Below, one piece after another: positions 1 to 8,528 of a DNA stretch of 46,053 bases. How positions within the stretch are numbered: the stretch's first letter is position 1; each line of letters begins with the position of its first letter. The notes under the pieces are model-generated. The model worked only from the letters and a program-made list of their open reading frames with translations, did no database searches and was not told the DNA's origin. Both the position numbers and the translations under genes were made by a program. Origin of the DNA: Candidatus Peribacteria bacterium RIFCSPHIGHO2_02_FULL_53_20. GTDB lineage: Bacteria; Patescibacteriota; Gracilibacteria; Peribacterales; Peribacteraceae. The stretch spans positions 1 to 46,053 of the forward strand of contig MFXW01000074.1 of assembly GCA_001787585.1 (NCBI GenBank). Reading direction: 5' to 3'.

Positions 1-778
1 CCTGTAATGCTGCATCGATATTCTCTGCGGCGATAATCGGATTGATGGCTTCCTTGCGCGTCACCAGAATGCGGTCGGGCTGGAGTACCGCAAAATGTCC
101 GCGGACGGTGCGGGCAAGACGTGAAAGACTTCCGTCGCTGATCATCACGATCGTCTGATTCGCGAGTGCCGCCTTGCGGTCCGGCGCGGATTCCAGTGCA
201 TTGCTCAGCGCCTGAATGCCGGTGAGACCGTTTGTCCACAAGATGACGCTTTCGGCTCCCGCAAGCGCATCGCTTTGCTCCGTCATGATCGCTGTCAACG
301 TCTGTTCGCTATCCAAGGGGATAGTCTCGCCCGGTTGGACAACGCGGAGATATACGCCTGCGGCGCCTGCCGCCTGTGCATGGAGTGTGAGCTTGTCTCC
401 CGAAACACCCGCATCGGCAATGAGCGCGATTTTTCTGCGATACACCGTGACAGTTTTTTCAGAGGTGATCTCATACTGCTCGCCATTGACGGTCGTATTG
501 ATGACCACCCGGAATACTGTCACTCCCGGTCGGTCGGGTGTGTACACCACTTCCACGGATCTGCTGATCGGAATGGAAATATTGTCTCTGTACCACTTGT
601 AGGTCGTTTTCTCTCCAAGTCCGCGGCTTCCGAGTGCCTCTAAAACGAGCGTACGTCCCACGGCTACATCCTCGGGTCCGGCAATCACGGCAACGGGCTC
701 TGTACCGGAAATAGGGCTCTCGGCAGCGAAGGAGGGGAAGGTTACCCATAGCAAGAGCAAGGCGAGAATTCGGTACAT
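1..778 (-). CDS. Secreted hypothetical protein, N-terminal part; the CDS runs off the left edge of the window
   Basis: Absent from the ORF track because it is open to the window edge. Hand translation of the minus strand from the ATG at 776-778 gives MYRILALLLLWVTFPSFAAESPISGTEPVAVIAGPEDVAVGRTLVLEALGSRG..., with no stop down to position 2. The N-terminus is signal-peptide-like. TYKWYRDN...VVYTPDRPGVTVFRVVI resembles a PKD/Ig-like beta-sandwich. Confidence 0.6.
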   Translation of the reverse strand, partial: MYRILALLLLWVTFPSFAAESPISGTEPVAVIAGPEDVAVGRTLVLEALGSRGLGEKTTYKWYRDNISIPISRSVEVVYTPDRPGVTVFRVVINTTVNGEQYEITSEKTVTVYRRKIALIADAGVSGDKLTLHAQAAGAAGVYLRVVQPGETIPLDSEQTLTAIMTEQSDALAGAESVILWTNGLTGIQALSNALESAPDRKAALANQTIVMISDGSLSRLARTVRGHFAVLQPDRILVTRKEAINPIIAAENIDAALQ

Positions 779-798
779 AGGAGAAGTATAGCGGAGAT

Positions 799-891
799 GA
801 AGGGCGCAAGAACCAAGGGCGCAAGGGCACAAGGAATGTTTTTTGTGTAGCGGGAATTTGCGCCCTTGCGCCCTTGGGATTTGTGCCCTTT
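799..891. repeat. Imperfect palindrome built from three direct and three inverted copies of the octamer AAGGGCRC; likely the hpf terminator
   Basis: Plus strand: gAAGGGCGCaagaaccAAGGGCGCAAGGGCACaagg, then a spacer, then tttGCGCCCTTGCGCCCTTgggatttGTGCCCTTtc. The core stem pairs ccaagggcgcaagggc with gcccttgcgcccttgg. It abuts the hpf stop codon at 892-894. Confidence 0.6.
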
Positions 892-1254
892 CTATTTCTG
901 TCTTCTTCTTGCCCTGCGATTCTTTCCGATTCCCGTTTGCATCTCCTTATACCTCTTCACCTGCGGCTCCAGTTTTTCGATGCATCGATCCACTGCTTCC
1001 ACCGGATCAGGTCTTCGGGATTCCGCGCGGAGAATCTTTTTTGGGAGTTCTATAGTGATCATCACTTTCACCTGATCGCGCTCTTTCTTTGCATCACGAC
1101 GTTGCGATTCCACGCGGATCTGAGAAGCTTCATCTTTGATCCGACCGCAATACGTTGCGAGCTTGCCGAGTTTGCGTGCAACAAGCAGAAGCTGATCTGC
1201 GGAATACTGGAATCCTTTTTCGAAGTGGGTGACGTTCATAAATGCATTCTGCAC
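892..1254 (-). CDS. hpf: Ribosome hibernation promoting factor (HPF/RaiA family)
   Basis: 120-aa ORF. The pattern ...VKVMITIELPKKILRAESRRPDPVEAVDRCIEKLEPQVKRYKE... matches the HPF/YfiA fold signature (LP..L.AE....D...A+D...+KLE.Q+.+YK). An alternative start is the MNVTHF codon at 1239. Confidence 0.7.
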   Translation of the reverse strand: MQNAFMNVTHFEKGFQYSADQLLLVARKLGKLATYCGRIKDEASQIRVESQRRDAKKERDQVKVMITIELPKKILRAESRRPDPVEAVDRCIEKLEPQVKRYKEMQTGIGKNRRARRRQK

Positions 1255-1281
1255 GGCTAGGCGTGCATTTTCAATGCATTG

Positions 1282-1310
1282 TTCAAAACGCCGTTTTCTG
1301 ATAGAATAAT
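1282..1310 (+). promoter_or_regulatory. Possible sigma70-type promoter for the 1335-8133 operon
   Basis: TTCAAA (1282-1287), 17-nt spacer, AATAAT (1305-1310), in the divergent hpf/operon intergenic region. Pattern match only. Confidence 0.25.
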
Positions 1311-1334
1311 AGTGAAATACACATCCCTCTTCTT

Positions 1335-1550
1335 ATGGTCGACCTGAGTCTTCTCCAGACGATGATTCGTGAGAGCTTACTGCTCACCGATGCCGAGCGT
1401 GCCTACTGGCTCGCCGGACTCGCGCGCATGACTCCTCCACAAGTGGATCGGCTGAAATCCATTCTCGACCGCGCACGGAATATTCCATGGAATGCGGCGC
1501 TGCAGAAAACGGTGGCGACCTTGGCAGGGGTACAAAAAACAGCAGCGTAA
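1335..1550 (+). CDS. Hypothetical small protein (71 aa), first gene of the orphan operon
   Basis: ATG-initiated ORF lying 18 nt upstream of the next ORF on the same strand. Helical-looking sequence LLLTDAERAYWLAGLARMTPPQVDRLKSIL. No family recognised. Confidence 0.5.
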   Translation: MVDLSLLQTMIRESLLLTDAERAYWLAGLARMTPPQVDRLKSILDRARNIPWNAALQKTVATLAGVQKTAA

Positions 1551-1568
1551 TTTTTTCCAAACATTTTT

Positions 1569-2735
1569 ATGGCACCCGGTGACAACATCAACAAACCAAA
1601 GAATACACCGGCGGAAATCCCGACCGATCCGATCGATCGGGCATTGTATGAGCTTCAACAGAAGAATCTCTCGCATGGGCAAATTGTCGATCAGCTTGGC
1701 AATCTCAAGCAGCAGGTAGAAAAAGGAGAAAATGGTTCGCTCAATGTGCAACGCCTACCGAAACTTAAAGAAGCTGTTCGAGAGGAAGTGGAGACTGGCG
1801 ATGAGGCTCAGGAACTTTCTAATGTTGAGAAAGAAGCTTTTCTTAAGGATCTTGATAGCCGGGTTGCTCAGATCGAACAGATTATCCAACAGCAAGCAAA
1901 CCCCGACCGCACGCCGAAGCTGGTCAAACAAGTGAAGGAAAAATTTGAGCAATCTTGGGGCAAGATCAAAGAGGGGGTGACGGCCATCGGAGAATTCATG
2001 GGAGTCACCGTACCGGAAAAAGCAGGTGATGCATGGAATTTCCTTGTGAAGCAATTCTGGAAAGTGATGGCAGCCCCGACAAGTTTCGGCATGAAGGAAA
2101 ATTTCTTTACGAAGATTGCTCAGGAGAAAGTGAACAGGATGGACATCTGGGAGGGTGTTCGTGAGTTTGGAGAACAGAATAAGCAGATAGTAATGAGCGT
2201 CTTCGAAGAGGATTGCAATAAGGCGTACAAGCAACTGGCCCCCCTTCTTGCCGGCTTTCCCGGGGCGAACATGTATGAGCGGGTTTCCGCGTATCTCCGG
2301 AAGTACGTGGCAGCGAATCCCGGAACACCAGAAAATAAAACCACCATTACCATGGAGCGATTGCTTGCAGCCAATCTCACCAATAACTTCTCCGTGCCCT
2401 CCGGCTCGCCGGAAACACAGCAGAATCTCTTTGGTATCAATGGATTGAAGCTCAATCAGAATCTTCCTCTCACTTCGCCGGTCGAGATGCAAATTGGCCA
2501 AAGTAAGATCCGTATCGCGAGCGATTCCGTGAATTTCAACAATGTGCAGTACAAGGTGAAGGTGAATGATGCACCGGCTACGGCAGCAGCTCTGACCGCC
2601 AAAGATGCCCAGAATATCGGTGCGACGGAACTACGCCACAACGGTGGAGATCTTGCCGTCAGCGTTCAGGATATTGTGAATAACCTGCAGGCAGGAAAGC
2701 TTGCGGTGAAACATCTCACGTTTGAGAAAATTTAG
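1569..2735 (+). CDS. Hypothetical protein (388 aa), charged coiled-coil-like N-terminal half
   Basis: Long ORF with protein-like composition and a 20-nt gap to the next ORF. The antisense ORFs are low-complexity. No family recognised. Confidence 0.75.
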   Translation: MAPGDNINKPKNTPAEIPTDPIDRALYELQQKNLSHGQIVDQLGNLKQQVEKGENGSLNVQRLPKLKEAVREEVETGDEAQELSNVEKEAFLKDLDSRVAQIEQIIQQQANPDRTPKLVKQVKEKFEQSWGKIKEGVTAIGEFMGVTVPEKAGDAWNFLVKQFWKVMAAPTSFGMKENFFTKIAQEKVNRMDIWEGVREFGEQNKQIVMSVFEEDCNKAYKQLAPLLAGFPGANMYERVSAYLRKYVAANPGTPENKTTITMERLLAANLTNNFSVPSGSPETQQNLFGINGLKLNQNLPLTSPVEMQIGQSKIRIASDSVNFNNVQYKVKVNDAPATAAALTAKDAQNIGATELRHNGGDLAVSVQDIVNNLQAGKLAVKHLTFEKI

Positions 2736-2755
2736 TATTCTTTTCAATTATTTTT

Positions 2756-3826
2756 ATGGGTAACAGTGATACAGCTCCGGAAAAGAAGGCAAAGTCCACG
2801 CGTGCAGAAGTACTTGGCTACGCCAAAACTGGCGTGAATAAGGAATTACTGAAGGAACAAATTGCCAAGATGGAGGGTGCAGATCGCGCCCAACTCCTGA
2901 ACGATATTAAAATGGAAAAAGACAAACTGGCGCTCGATCCGAATCTCGACCTCAGCAAGCGTCTTGTTGATCTTGAAGATGAAGTGCGGAGACAAGAGCA
3001 GAGCTTCTCACAAAGCGCGCAGGAAACCGTCGGTTCAGCTATTAACACAGGCATTGATTCACTCGCAAAAGGTGCCAAAAAGGGAACAGAGTTTGTCGGT
3101 AATCAGGTCAAAAAGGGTACGGATGCTATGGCACAAATCGGCGAGCAGGCTGTAAATATCATGAACGATCCAAATCTCTCAAAAGAGGAAAAGAGAGTGC
3201 ACGTTATTGGTCTGGCAGCCGCAGTTGCAGTTCCCGCAGGTATTCTCTATTGGGGGCTCAGTAAGCTAGCTGGCAAGGGTCTCCAATCAGGGCAAAAGCC
3301 CAGCTTGGGTCGTCGATTGCTTCAAGTGACGGGCTTCGCATTCCTTGCATCTCTGGGCGTTCGCTTTATTGCGCCGTTTGTTTCAGAGAAGCAAAAACAG
3401 TTAATTGCATCGAAGGGTTCCAGCACTGTTCCAGAAAAGAGTGTCCCTCCAAAAGATCAGCAGAAATCCCCGGAAAATCCGGCTGCGCTAGAAACTGTTC
3501 GCTTACAGGGAACTTTTCAAGGTACGGATTTGAAGGTCGTGGAAAGAGGTGGTGCACAGTTGATCAAGATCGGAGAAAAACACTTTCGCATTACGAGGGT
3601 GGGGGAGCAGCAGAATCTTGTTGGAAGTATTACAGGGATGAGAACACGAGAGCAGCCCTCACAATTAGTCTTCAATAATCTCGCTACCATTGAGGGCGAG
3701 GACTTTACAGAGGCCAAGGCAAAACTTGCTGCTGCATCTAAGGATGTAACAGTGCAAATTCCGGCTCGTGGCGGAGACCGAAGCAAGATTTTTGATTTGG
3801 AATTCACTCTCGAACAATCTGCCTAA
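2756..3826 (+). CDS. Hypothetical membrane protein (356 aa) with a two-helix hydrophobic hairpin
   Basis: K/E-rich N-terminus. Hydrophobic segments HVIGLAAAVAVPAGILYWGL and LLQVTGFAFLASLGVRFIAPFV. The C-terminal module contains VVERGGAQLIKIGEKHFRI. Confidence 0.75.
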   Translation: MGNSDTAPEKKAKSTRAEVLGYAKTGVNKELLKEQIAKMEGADRAQLLNDIKMEKDKLALDPNLDLSKRLVDLEDEVRRQEQSFSQSAQETVGSAINTGIDSLAKGAKKGTEFVGNQVKKGTDAMAQIGEQAVNIMNDPNLSKEEKRVHVIGLAAAVAVPAGILYWGLSKLAGKGLQSGQKPSLGRRLLQVTGFAFLASLGVRFIAPFVSEKQKQLIASKGSSTVPEKSVPPKDQQKSPENPAALETVRLQGTFQGTDLKVVERGGAQLIKIGEKHFRITRVGEQQNLVGSITGMRTREQPSQLVFNNLATIEGEDFTEAKAKLAAASKDVTVQIPARGGDRSKIFDLEFTLEQSA

Positions 3827-3832
3827 GTCACC

Positions 3833-4069
3833 ATGACAGAAATACCCAAATCCATCGAAGCCGGCGAATCCGAAAAAGGTCCTGTAGGGGCTGAAATTGG
3901 CTGGGTGCGTCGTGCGAGTTACGCGACGGTTAACGGTTTGAATGACGCGGTGGAATTCGCAGGTACGGCGGCTGGATACACAGTGGGACGGACATGGAGA
4001 ACGACAAGAGAAGCTGCAACGAATGTGATGAAGGGGAGACGAGGAGAAAAGTTTGGTTTGGCTGCGTGA
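3833..4069 (+). CDS. Hypothetical small protein (78 aa)
   Basis: ATG lies 6 nt after the preceding stop, on the same strand within the operon. No family recognised. Confidence 0.45.
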   Translation: MTEIPKSIEAGESEKGPVGAEIGWVRRASYATVNGLNDAVEFAGTAAGYTVGRTWRTTREAATNVMKGRRGEKFGLAA

Positions 4070-4115
4070 AACACGAGTAATTGCCCGATGGAGAATGGCG
4101 CAAATCGTGGTTTTT

Positions 4116-4124
4116 TGCTATAAT
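4116..4124 (+). promoter_or_regulatory. Possible extended -10 element (TGcTATAAT) just upstream of the giant gene
   Basis: tgctataat at 4116-4124, about 10 nt before the ATG at 4135. It would imply a very short leader. Pattern match only. Confidence 0.2.
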
Positions 4125-4134
4125 TAAGGGATTT

Positions 4135-7100
4135 ATGGCAGACAACGTCGAGATCTCTCCGGCCAATAAACTGCTCGAATTCTTCTGTGATAAAAATCAT
4201 CCCACACAGGAGTTACTCGACGAACTTCGCCGCATTACGACGACGGATCGTCCGGGAATTCTGACGACAGTACGCGAGGGACTTCAGAAGCTCGGAGCCG
4301 AGCAACAGACAATCGCTGATGACAATATGAAGCTTCTGCGTGAACGTGTTGACGCGAATGAGCAGGAAGGAGCTAAGGATCCGGAGCAACTGATATCCGA
4401 AGAAGAGGTTCTTTCTCTCAGGAGTGAACTCGATTTGCTTCGCGACAGTCTTTCGAAAGATCCTTTTGCACAAGAGGTCAAAACAAAGGAAGAATCGAAC
4501 GAAACCAATACGCCTCTGAAGCCATTAGAACAATCACGCGCACCATACGAGGAATCTGTTCCGCAGACACCTGCAAAACAGGAACAGTTGCAGAAGAAAA
4601 TTTCCGCGGCACCGGAGAAATGGTTTCCGCAATCCGCTGATCCCAGAGAGTGGACCGGCAAACAGATCGCCACTCTCTCTGCAATTACTCTAGGTGGTGT
4701 GGGGCTCTATGCGCTCTGGAAATGGATGCGTGGCGAAAAGAAGGGTGGTGCCTCAGACGAGAAACGTAGTAAGTGGAATTGGATGCTATGGGTGCCCTTT
4801 GCTGGTTTGACCGGATATCTCGGATACAAAATGTGGAACAAATACGGTCCCGGATCAAAAGAAACTGCCGATGATAAAAAAAGAAAAGATGATCGGGACT
4901 ATTTGCCTGATGCATTGCCCGATGTCATTGAAAAACCAGCAGAGGCAGTCATCGGAGGAGTAGAGCAAGGGATTGATAAGTTAGTGGAAACATTCGGCCC
5001 TGCTGCTTACGAATTGATGAATCATGAGCACACGAGTGCAGTGCTCAAGAAGAGGCAATCCGGTGAGTACAAGTCGGATGCATTGTTCTGGGCAGCAATG
5101 GTCGGAGCCATGAGTCTCGATGGTATCGATCTTGTTATTGATGAAACCGCCTGTACACTCTGGATCGGAGGCAAAGTTGTTGAATGTAACATCAAAGGCT
5201 GGAGCCAGCTTATTGAGGGGTTTGCGGATGGGCATATTGATCTTCCCGAAGGATGCGATCTGGTTGCGACGTATATCGAGGGAGTCTTTGTCTATGCGAC
5301 ATCCCTGTACGCGCTGAAGGCGGTGACCCTCAATCGTATCGGCAGAGGAGCCAATGTGATCGGGGAGGCATTCGGCTGGCCGGTCTATTCCATCACACGC
5401 GGTGCAAAAGGAACATGGCGCATTGCAAAGGGCACCGTGGAACTTGGAATTTCCAATTCTCCTACGCGCTTAGTCATTGCCCGCGAGGCAGACGCTCTTC
5501 GTCTGGAAACCAAACTGCGGCTTGGTACATTCTCCAGGCGCTTTGCTGCGGCGACTCCGGAAGGATTATGGATGCGGAAGGAATTTGTCGCAGATCAGGC
5601 CAATCGTCTTTTTCTCGCAAAGAACAGAAAGGTAAGTGAAGCTTCCATCAAGCAATTTGAAAAAGCATTTGGTCGGGCAGCTGAAGATTTCCATACATAT
5701 CTGAAACGTGTTCCTCCGGATCAATTACCAGACTGGTTTATCAAGGCCGTGAAAGCACGGTATCCCAATATTGATCCCACAAAAATCGAACTGACACACA
5801 TGGAAGGATTGATGCGCCATTTGGGAGAGGGAAGTGCAAATGTGGTCGATGCAGCACCGGATAGTGCAGATGCTCTCAATAAGGTGCCGACATCCGCTAC
5901 CGATACCTCCGCAGGCAGTCGTCTGCGTCAAGCTGCGGGTGGGGAAGTCATTGAGCCAAAACCCGAGACCGCAAAAATCACATCTTCAGCTTCGGAAAAG
6001 CCCGCATTTAATGTGGTTCGGAGAGATGGAACGGTGGTCGATGGATCGGGCAAAGTCATTGGAGAAGGAGATGTCGCCGCACAGTCTGCGAAAGCTGCTG
6101 AGCGTGCGACGGGTGCTATAGATGAAGTAACAGAGACCGCAAAAGGCGTTGCAGCCGCGGAAGTATTATCCGCAGCCGATGAAACCCGATGGAAGCAATT
6201 GCTCTCCAAATTTGGCGAAGGTGCAGAAGCACAAAATGTCCGCGCGTTCCTCGAAGCCGCTTCCGAGCAAAAACTCATCAAACTCGATGCAGAGGTATTT
6301 GCACTGATCAACGAAAGTCCCGGTGCACAAAAAATCATCACGGGTGCGGTACAAACCGGTGACGTAGCAGAAATTACCCGTGCAATGAATGCTGCGAGTG
6401 CTGCCCGCAATTTCCGAGTAGGATTGAATGCCGTCGGTGCCGCAGGCGATCTCTTTGGTGCGTACATGGCATATTGTGACTACGCTGCAAATGGCGCACG
6501 CATCGAAACAGCGATGAATTCGAAGAATGCCGCGCTTGCTGATCTTTATCGAAACGCGAATTACATTTATGGAGTTGAGGGAACGCAGAGCGCAGCCGGT
6601 CTCGCGATTGGTGGTGTTGCTATTGTGAAGGCGTATGTGGGAGGTCAAAGTCTGCTTACGGCTCTGGGTGCTTCCGGTGGACTCATCATGCTTCCGGTTG
6701 CCGCGGCTACCCTCAGTGGAGGATTCGTCTATCGCAAAGCGGAAGGAGTGACGGAGACGTGGTTGAGAACTTCCAAAGATTGGCAGAAGGCGCTTTCTCC
6801 CGGTGAGCTTTTGGAAAAGCTCAAGGAACTAGGTCCCGGCAAGCGGGGGTATTGGCAGGGGTGGGGAAAGGGCACGATTGTGGAGCAAATTATGCGAGCG
6901 AAGACGGCTGGGGAATCCGGTAATATCGGGGCGTATCAGCAATGGGAAGAGGAGGGCGAGCAGAGGATCGAGAAAGCCAATGAGAGCACGCGTTTGGAGA
7001 TTACAAAAGCGTACGTCGTCCGCACATCCTTACTTGCGAAGCAGACTGAGGAAACAGATGAGCAGTACACGCGACGCTTCGATTGCTTTGTGATGGATCA

Positions 7101-8133
7101 GATGGAATATATCGGTCGCACGACGGATGGTTCGTTCAGTTACATGCTGGGAGATACATATGCTAATGCACGTCGATACGCGGAGATGCTGGCAAAACTC
7201 CGCGACGAAGGGAAGCGTCCTGAGGAGATGCCATGGAAGAATGCATCGCAAGCGATGGATAAGCAGCGTGCGATTATAGAGTATGTCCCTGCAGAGCGCT
7301 CGCAAAAAATCCTGCAATTCAATCTGATGCAGAGAATGCCGACGCAGCTCTCTCCCGAGCAAAAGAAAACGGTTGTGAAACAAGATCTCATCCTCGCGTG
7401 CCAAGACGATTTTCTGAAGCTCGATGGTCGCATCGCATCTACGGACTTCGTTGGCACGGGAGGAACGGAAAGCGTCGGCGAAGCACAGGCGCGCTATACG
7501 GCGTCCGAATTATTCCGCGAGCGGCTCTCTGAACAGGCAGATCAATTGCTTGCGGAAGCGGCAAAACCGGAAGGACTTACTATGATTTCCTATCAGGGCA
7601 TCATCAACAAACTTGGTGTCGTGCTCGAAACAGATCCCTTGGAACTCCAGCGTATCGGTTGGAAGCGCAGATATGTACCCGATGGACGCGTCACGAATCT
7701 GGATGCAACGAAAAACCTCCTCACCGCGGAATATCAATTGCAGTCTTTGCAGGAGGAGCAAAAAACAGCGCAAACGATTGCAAAGGAAAAGACATTCTTA
7801 CCCGAAGAATTGCAGCAGGAGTGTTACGACAAGGGTAGGCTTTTGCTCCTTGAGCGGGGTGGTGCGCAGAAGGGTGATAAGTTCCAGCTGCAAATGGGAT
7901 GGATCTTCAACAAATACTTGTATGCCAGATTCGTTGACGGGCAGTGGCAGGTCGGTCTCAACCATGCGTTCATTAAGTGGGCGAATCCTGAGGGATATGC
8001 CGTGACGGGAATGGTCAATTCTTTGGGCGGAGTCGATCCCAGCACGGCTGGAAAATATAACGAAGTGATTCGCGAGCTTGCAGAAATCAATAAAAGGTAC
8101 GGTAAGAGCGTAGCCAGGAAAGAGGCCGCGTAA
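4135..8133 (+). CDS. Giant hypothetical multi-pass membrane protein (~1332 aa)
   Basis: Uninterrupted ORF; the track starts at TTG 4081 and the first ATG is at 4135 (MADNVEISPANK). Hydrophobic hairpin IATLSAITLGGVGLYALWKWM / WNWMLWVPFAGLTGYLGYKMW. A Gly/Ala-rich hydrophobic block lies around 6408-6740. The C-terminal module contains LLERGGAQKGDKFQLQMG. Confidence 0.85.
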   Translation: MADNVEISPANKLLEFFCDKNHPTQELLDELRRITTTDRPGILTTVREGLQKLGAEQQTIADDNMKLLRERVDANEQEGAKDPEQLISEEEVLSLRSELDLLRDSLSKDPFAQEVKTKEESNETNTPLKPLEQSRAPYEESVPQTPAKQEQLQKKISAAPEKWFPQSADPREWTGKQIATLSAITLGGVGLYALWKWMRGEKKGGASDEKRSKWNWMLWVPFAGLTGYLGYKMWNKYGPGSKETADDKKRKDDRDYLPDALPDVIEKPAEAVIGGVEQGIDKLVETFGPAAYELMNHEHTSAVLKKRQSGEYKSDALFWAAMVGAMSLDGIDLVIDETACTLWIGGKVVECNIKGWSQLIEGFADGHIDLPEGCDLVATYIEGVFVYATSLYALKAVTLNRIGRGANVIGEAFGWPVYSITRGAKGTWRIAKGTVELGISNSPTRLVIAREADALRLETKLRLGTFSRRFAAATPEGLWMRKEFVADQANRLFLAKNRKVSEASIKQFEKAFGRAAEDFHTYLKRVPPDQLPDWFIKAVKARYPNIDPTKIELTHMEGLMRHLGEGSANVVDAAPDSADALNKVPTSATDTSAGSRLRQAAGGEVIEPKPETAKITSSASEKPAFNVVRRDGTVVDGSGKVIGEGDVAAQSAKAAERATGAIDEVTETAKGVAAAEVLSAADETRWKQLLSKFGEGAEAQNVRAFLEAASEQKLIKLDAEVFALINESPGAQKIITGAVQTGDVAEITRAMNAASAARNFRVGLNAVGAAGDLFGAYMAYCDYAANGARIETAMNSKNAALADLYRNANYIYGVEGTQSAAGLAIGGVAIVKAYVGGQSLLTALGASGGLIMLPVAAATLSGGFVYRKAEGVTETWLRTSKDWQKALSPGELLEKLKELGPGKRGYWQGWGKGTIVEQIMRAKTAGESGNIGAYQQWEEEGEQRIEKANESTRLEITKAYVVRTSLLAKQTEETDEQYTRRFDCFVMDQMEYIGRTTDGSFSYMLGDTYANARRYAEMLAKLRDEGKRPEEMPWKNASQAMDKQRAIIEYVPAERSQKILQFNLMQRMPTQLSPEQKKTVVKQDLILACQDDFLKLDGRIASTDFVGTGGTESVGEAQARYTASELFRERLSEQADQLLAEAAKPEGLTMISYQGIINKLGVVLETDPLELQRIGWKRRYVPDGRVTNLDATKNLLTAEYQLQSLQEEQKTAQTIAKEKTFLPEELQQECYDKGRLLLLERGGAQKGDKFQLQMGWIFNKYLYARFVDGQWQVGLNHAFIKWANPEGYAVTGMVNSLGGVDPSTAGKYNEVIRELAEINKRYGKSVARKEAA

Positions 8134-8170
8134 ATGTCTCTTTCGCAGGAGAAGCGTTACGGAATACTCT

Positions 8171-8295
8171 TATGTCGTGCCCCTGAGCTTCACGCAGTTG
8201 GCTTCCTATCGCCGCTGCCCCCGTCAGTACGAGTACTGCACCATCAAAAAAATCCCGAAGGGGATTTCCCTTGGTGCAGCATTCGGTGCGCTCAT
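8171..8295 (+). pseudogene. Truncated 5-prime remnant of a second PD-(D/E)XK nuclease gene
   Basis: Codons for (M)PLSFTQLASYRRCPRQYEYCTIKKIPKGISLGAAFGA parallel the first ~40 codons of the intact gene at 9445 (MALSFTQLAAYRRCPRQYEYCYIKKIPKGVSPGEAFGA). The ATG at 8171 is out of frame with this reading, and homology stops near 8295. Confidence 0.7.
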
Positions 8296-8528
8296 GTTGT
8301 GGATCGTCTATTCATCCATGACATCACCCCTCAATCCCTTTGCAAGCTCACGGAAAAATTTCTGCACTTCCGCCGCAGTCACCGGGGTGACGAGATGTGG
8401 AACGATCGTCAGCCAGCAAAAGCATGAGAAATGCCCGGCGGTCTTCGGGAATCCGCAGTGCGGGGAGATGTTTTTTCAGTAACTCTCGGGGGAGTTTTTG
8501 GTCCGCCAAGGTCGTAGAGAATCGCACG

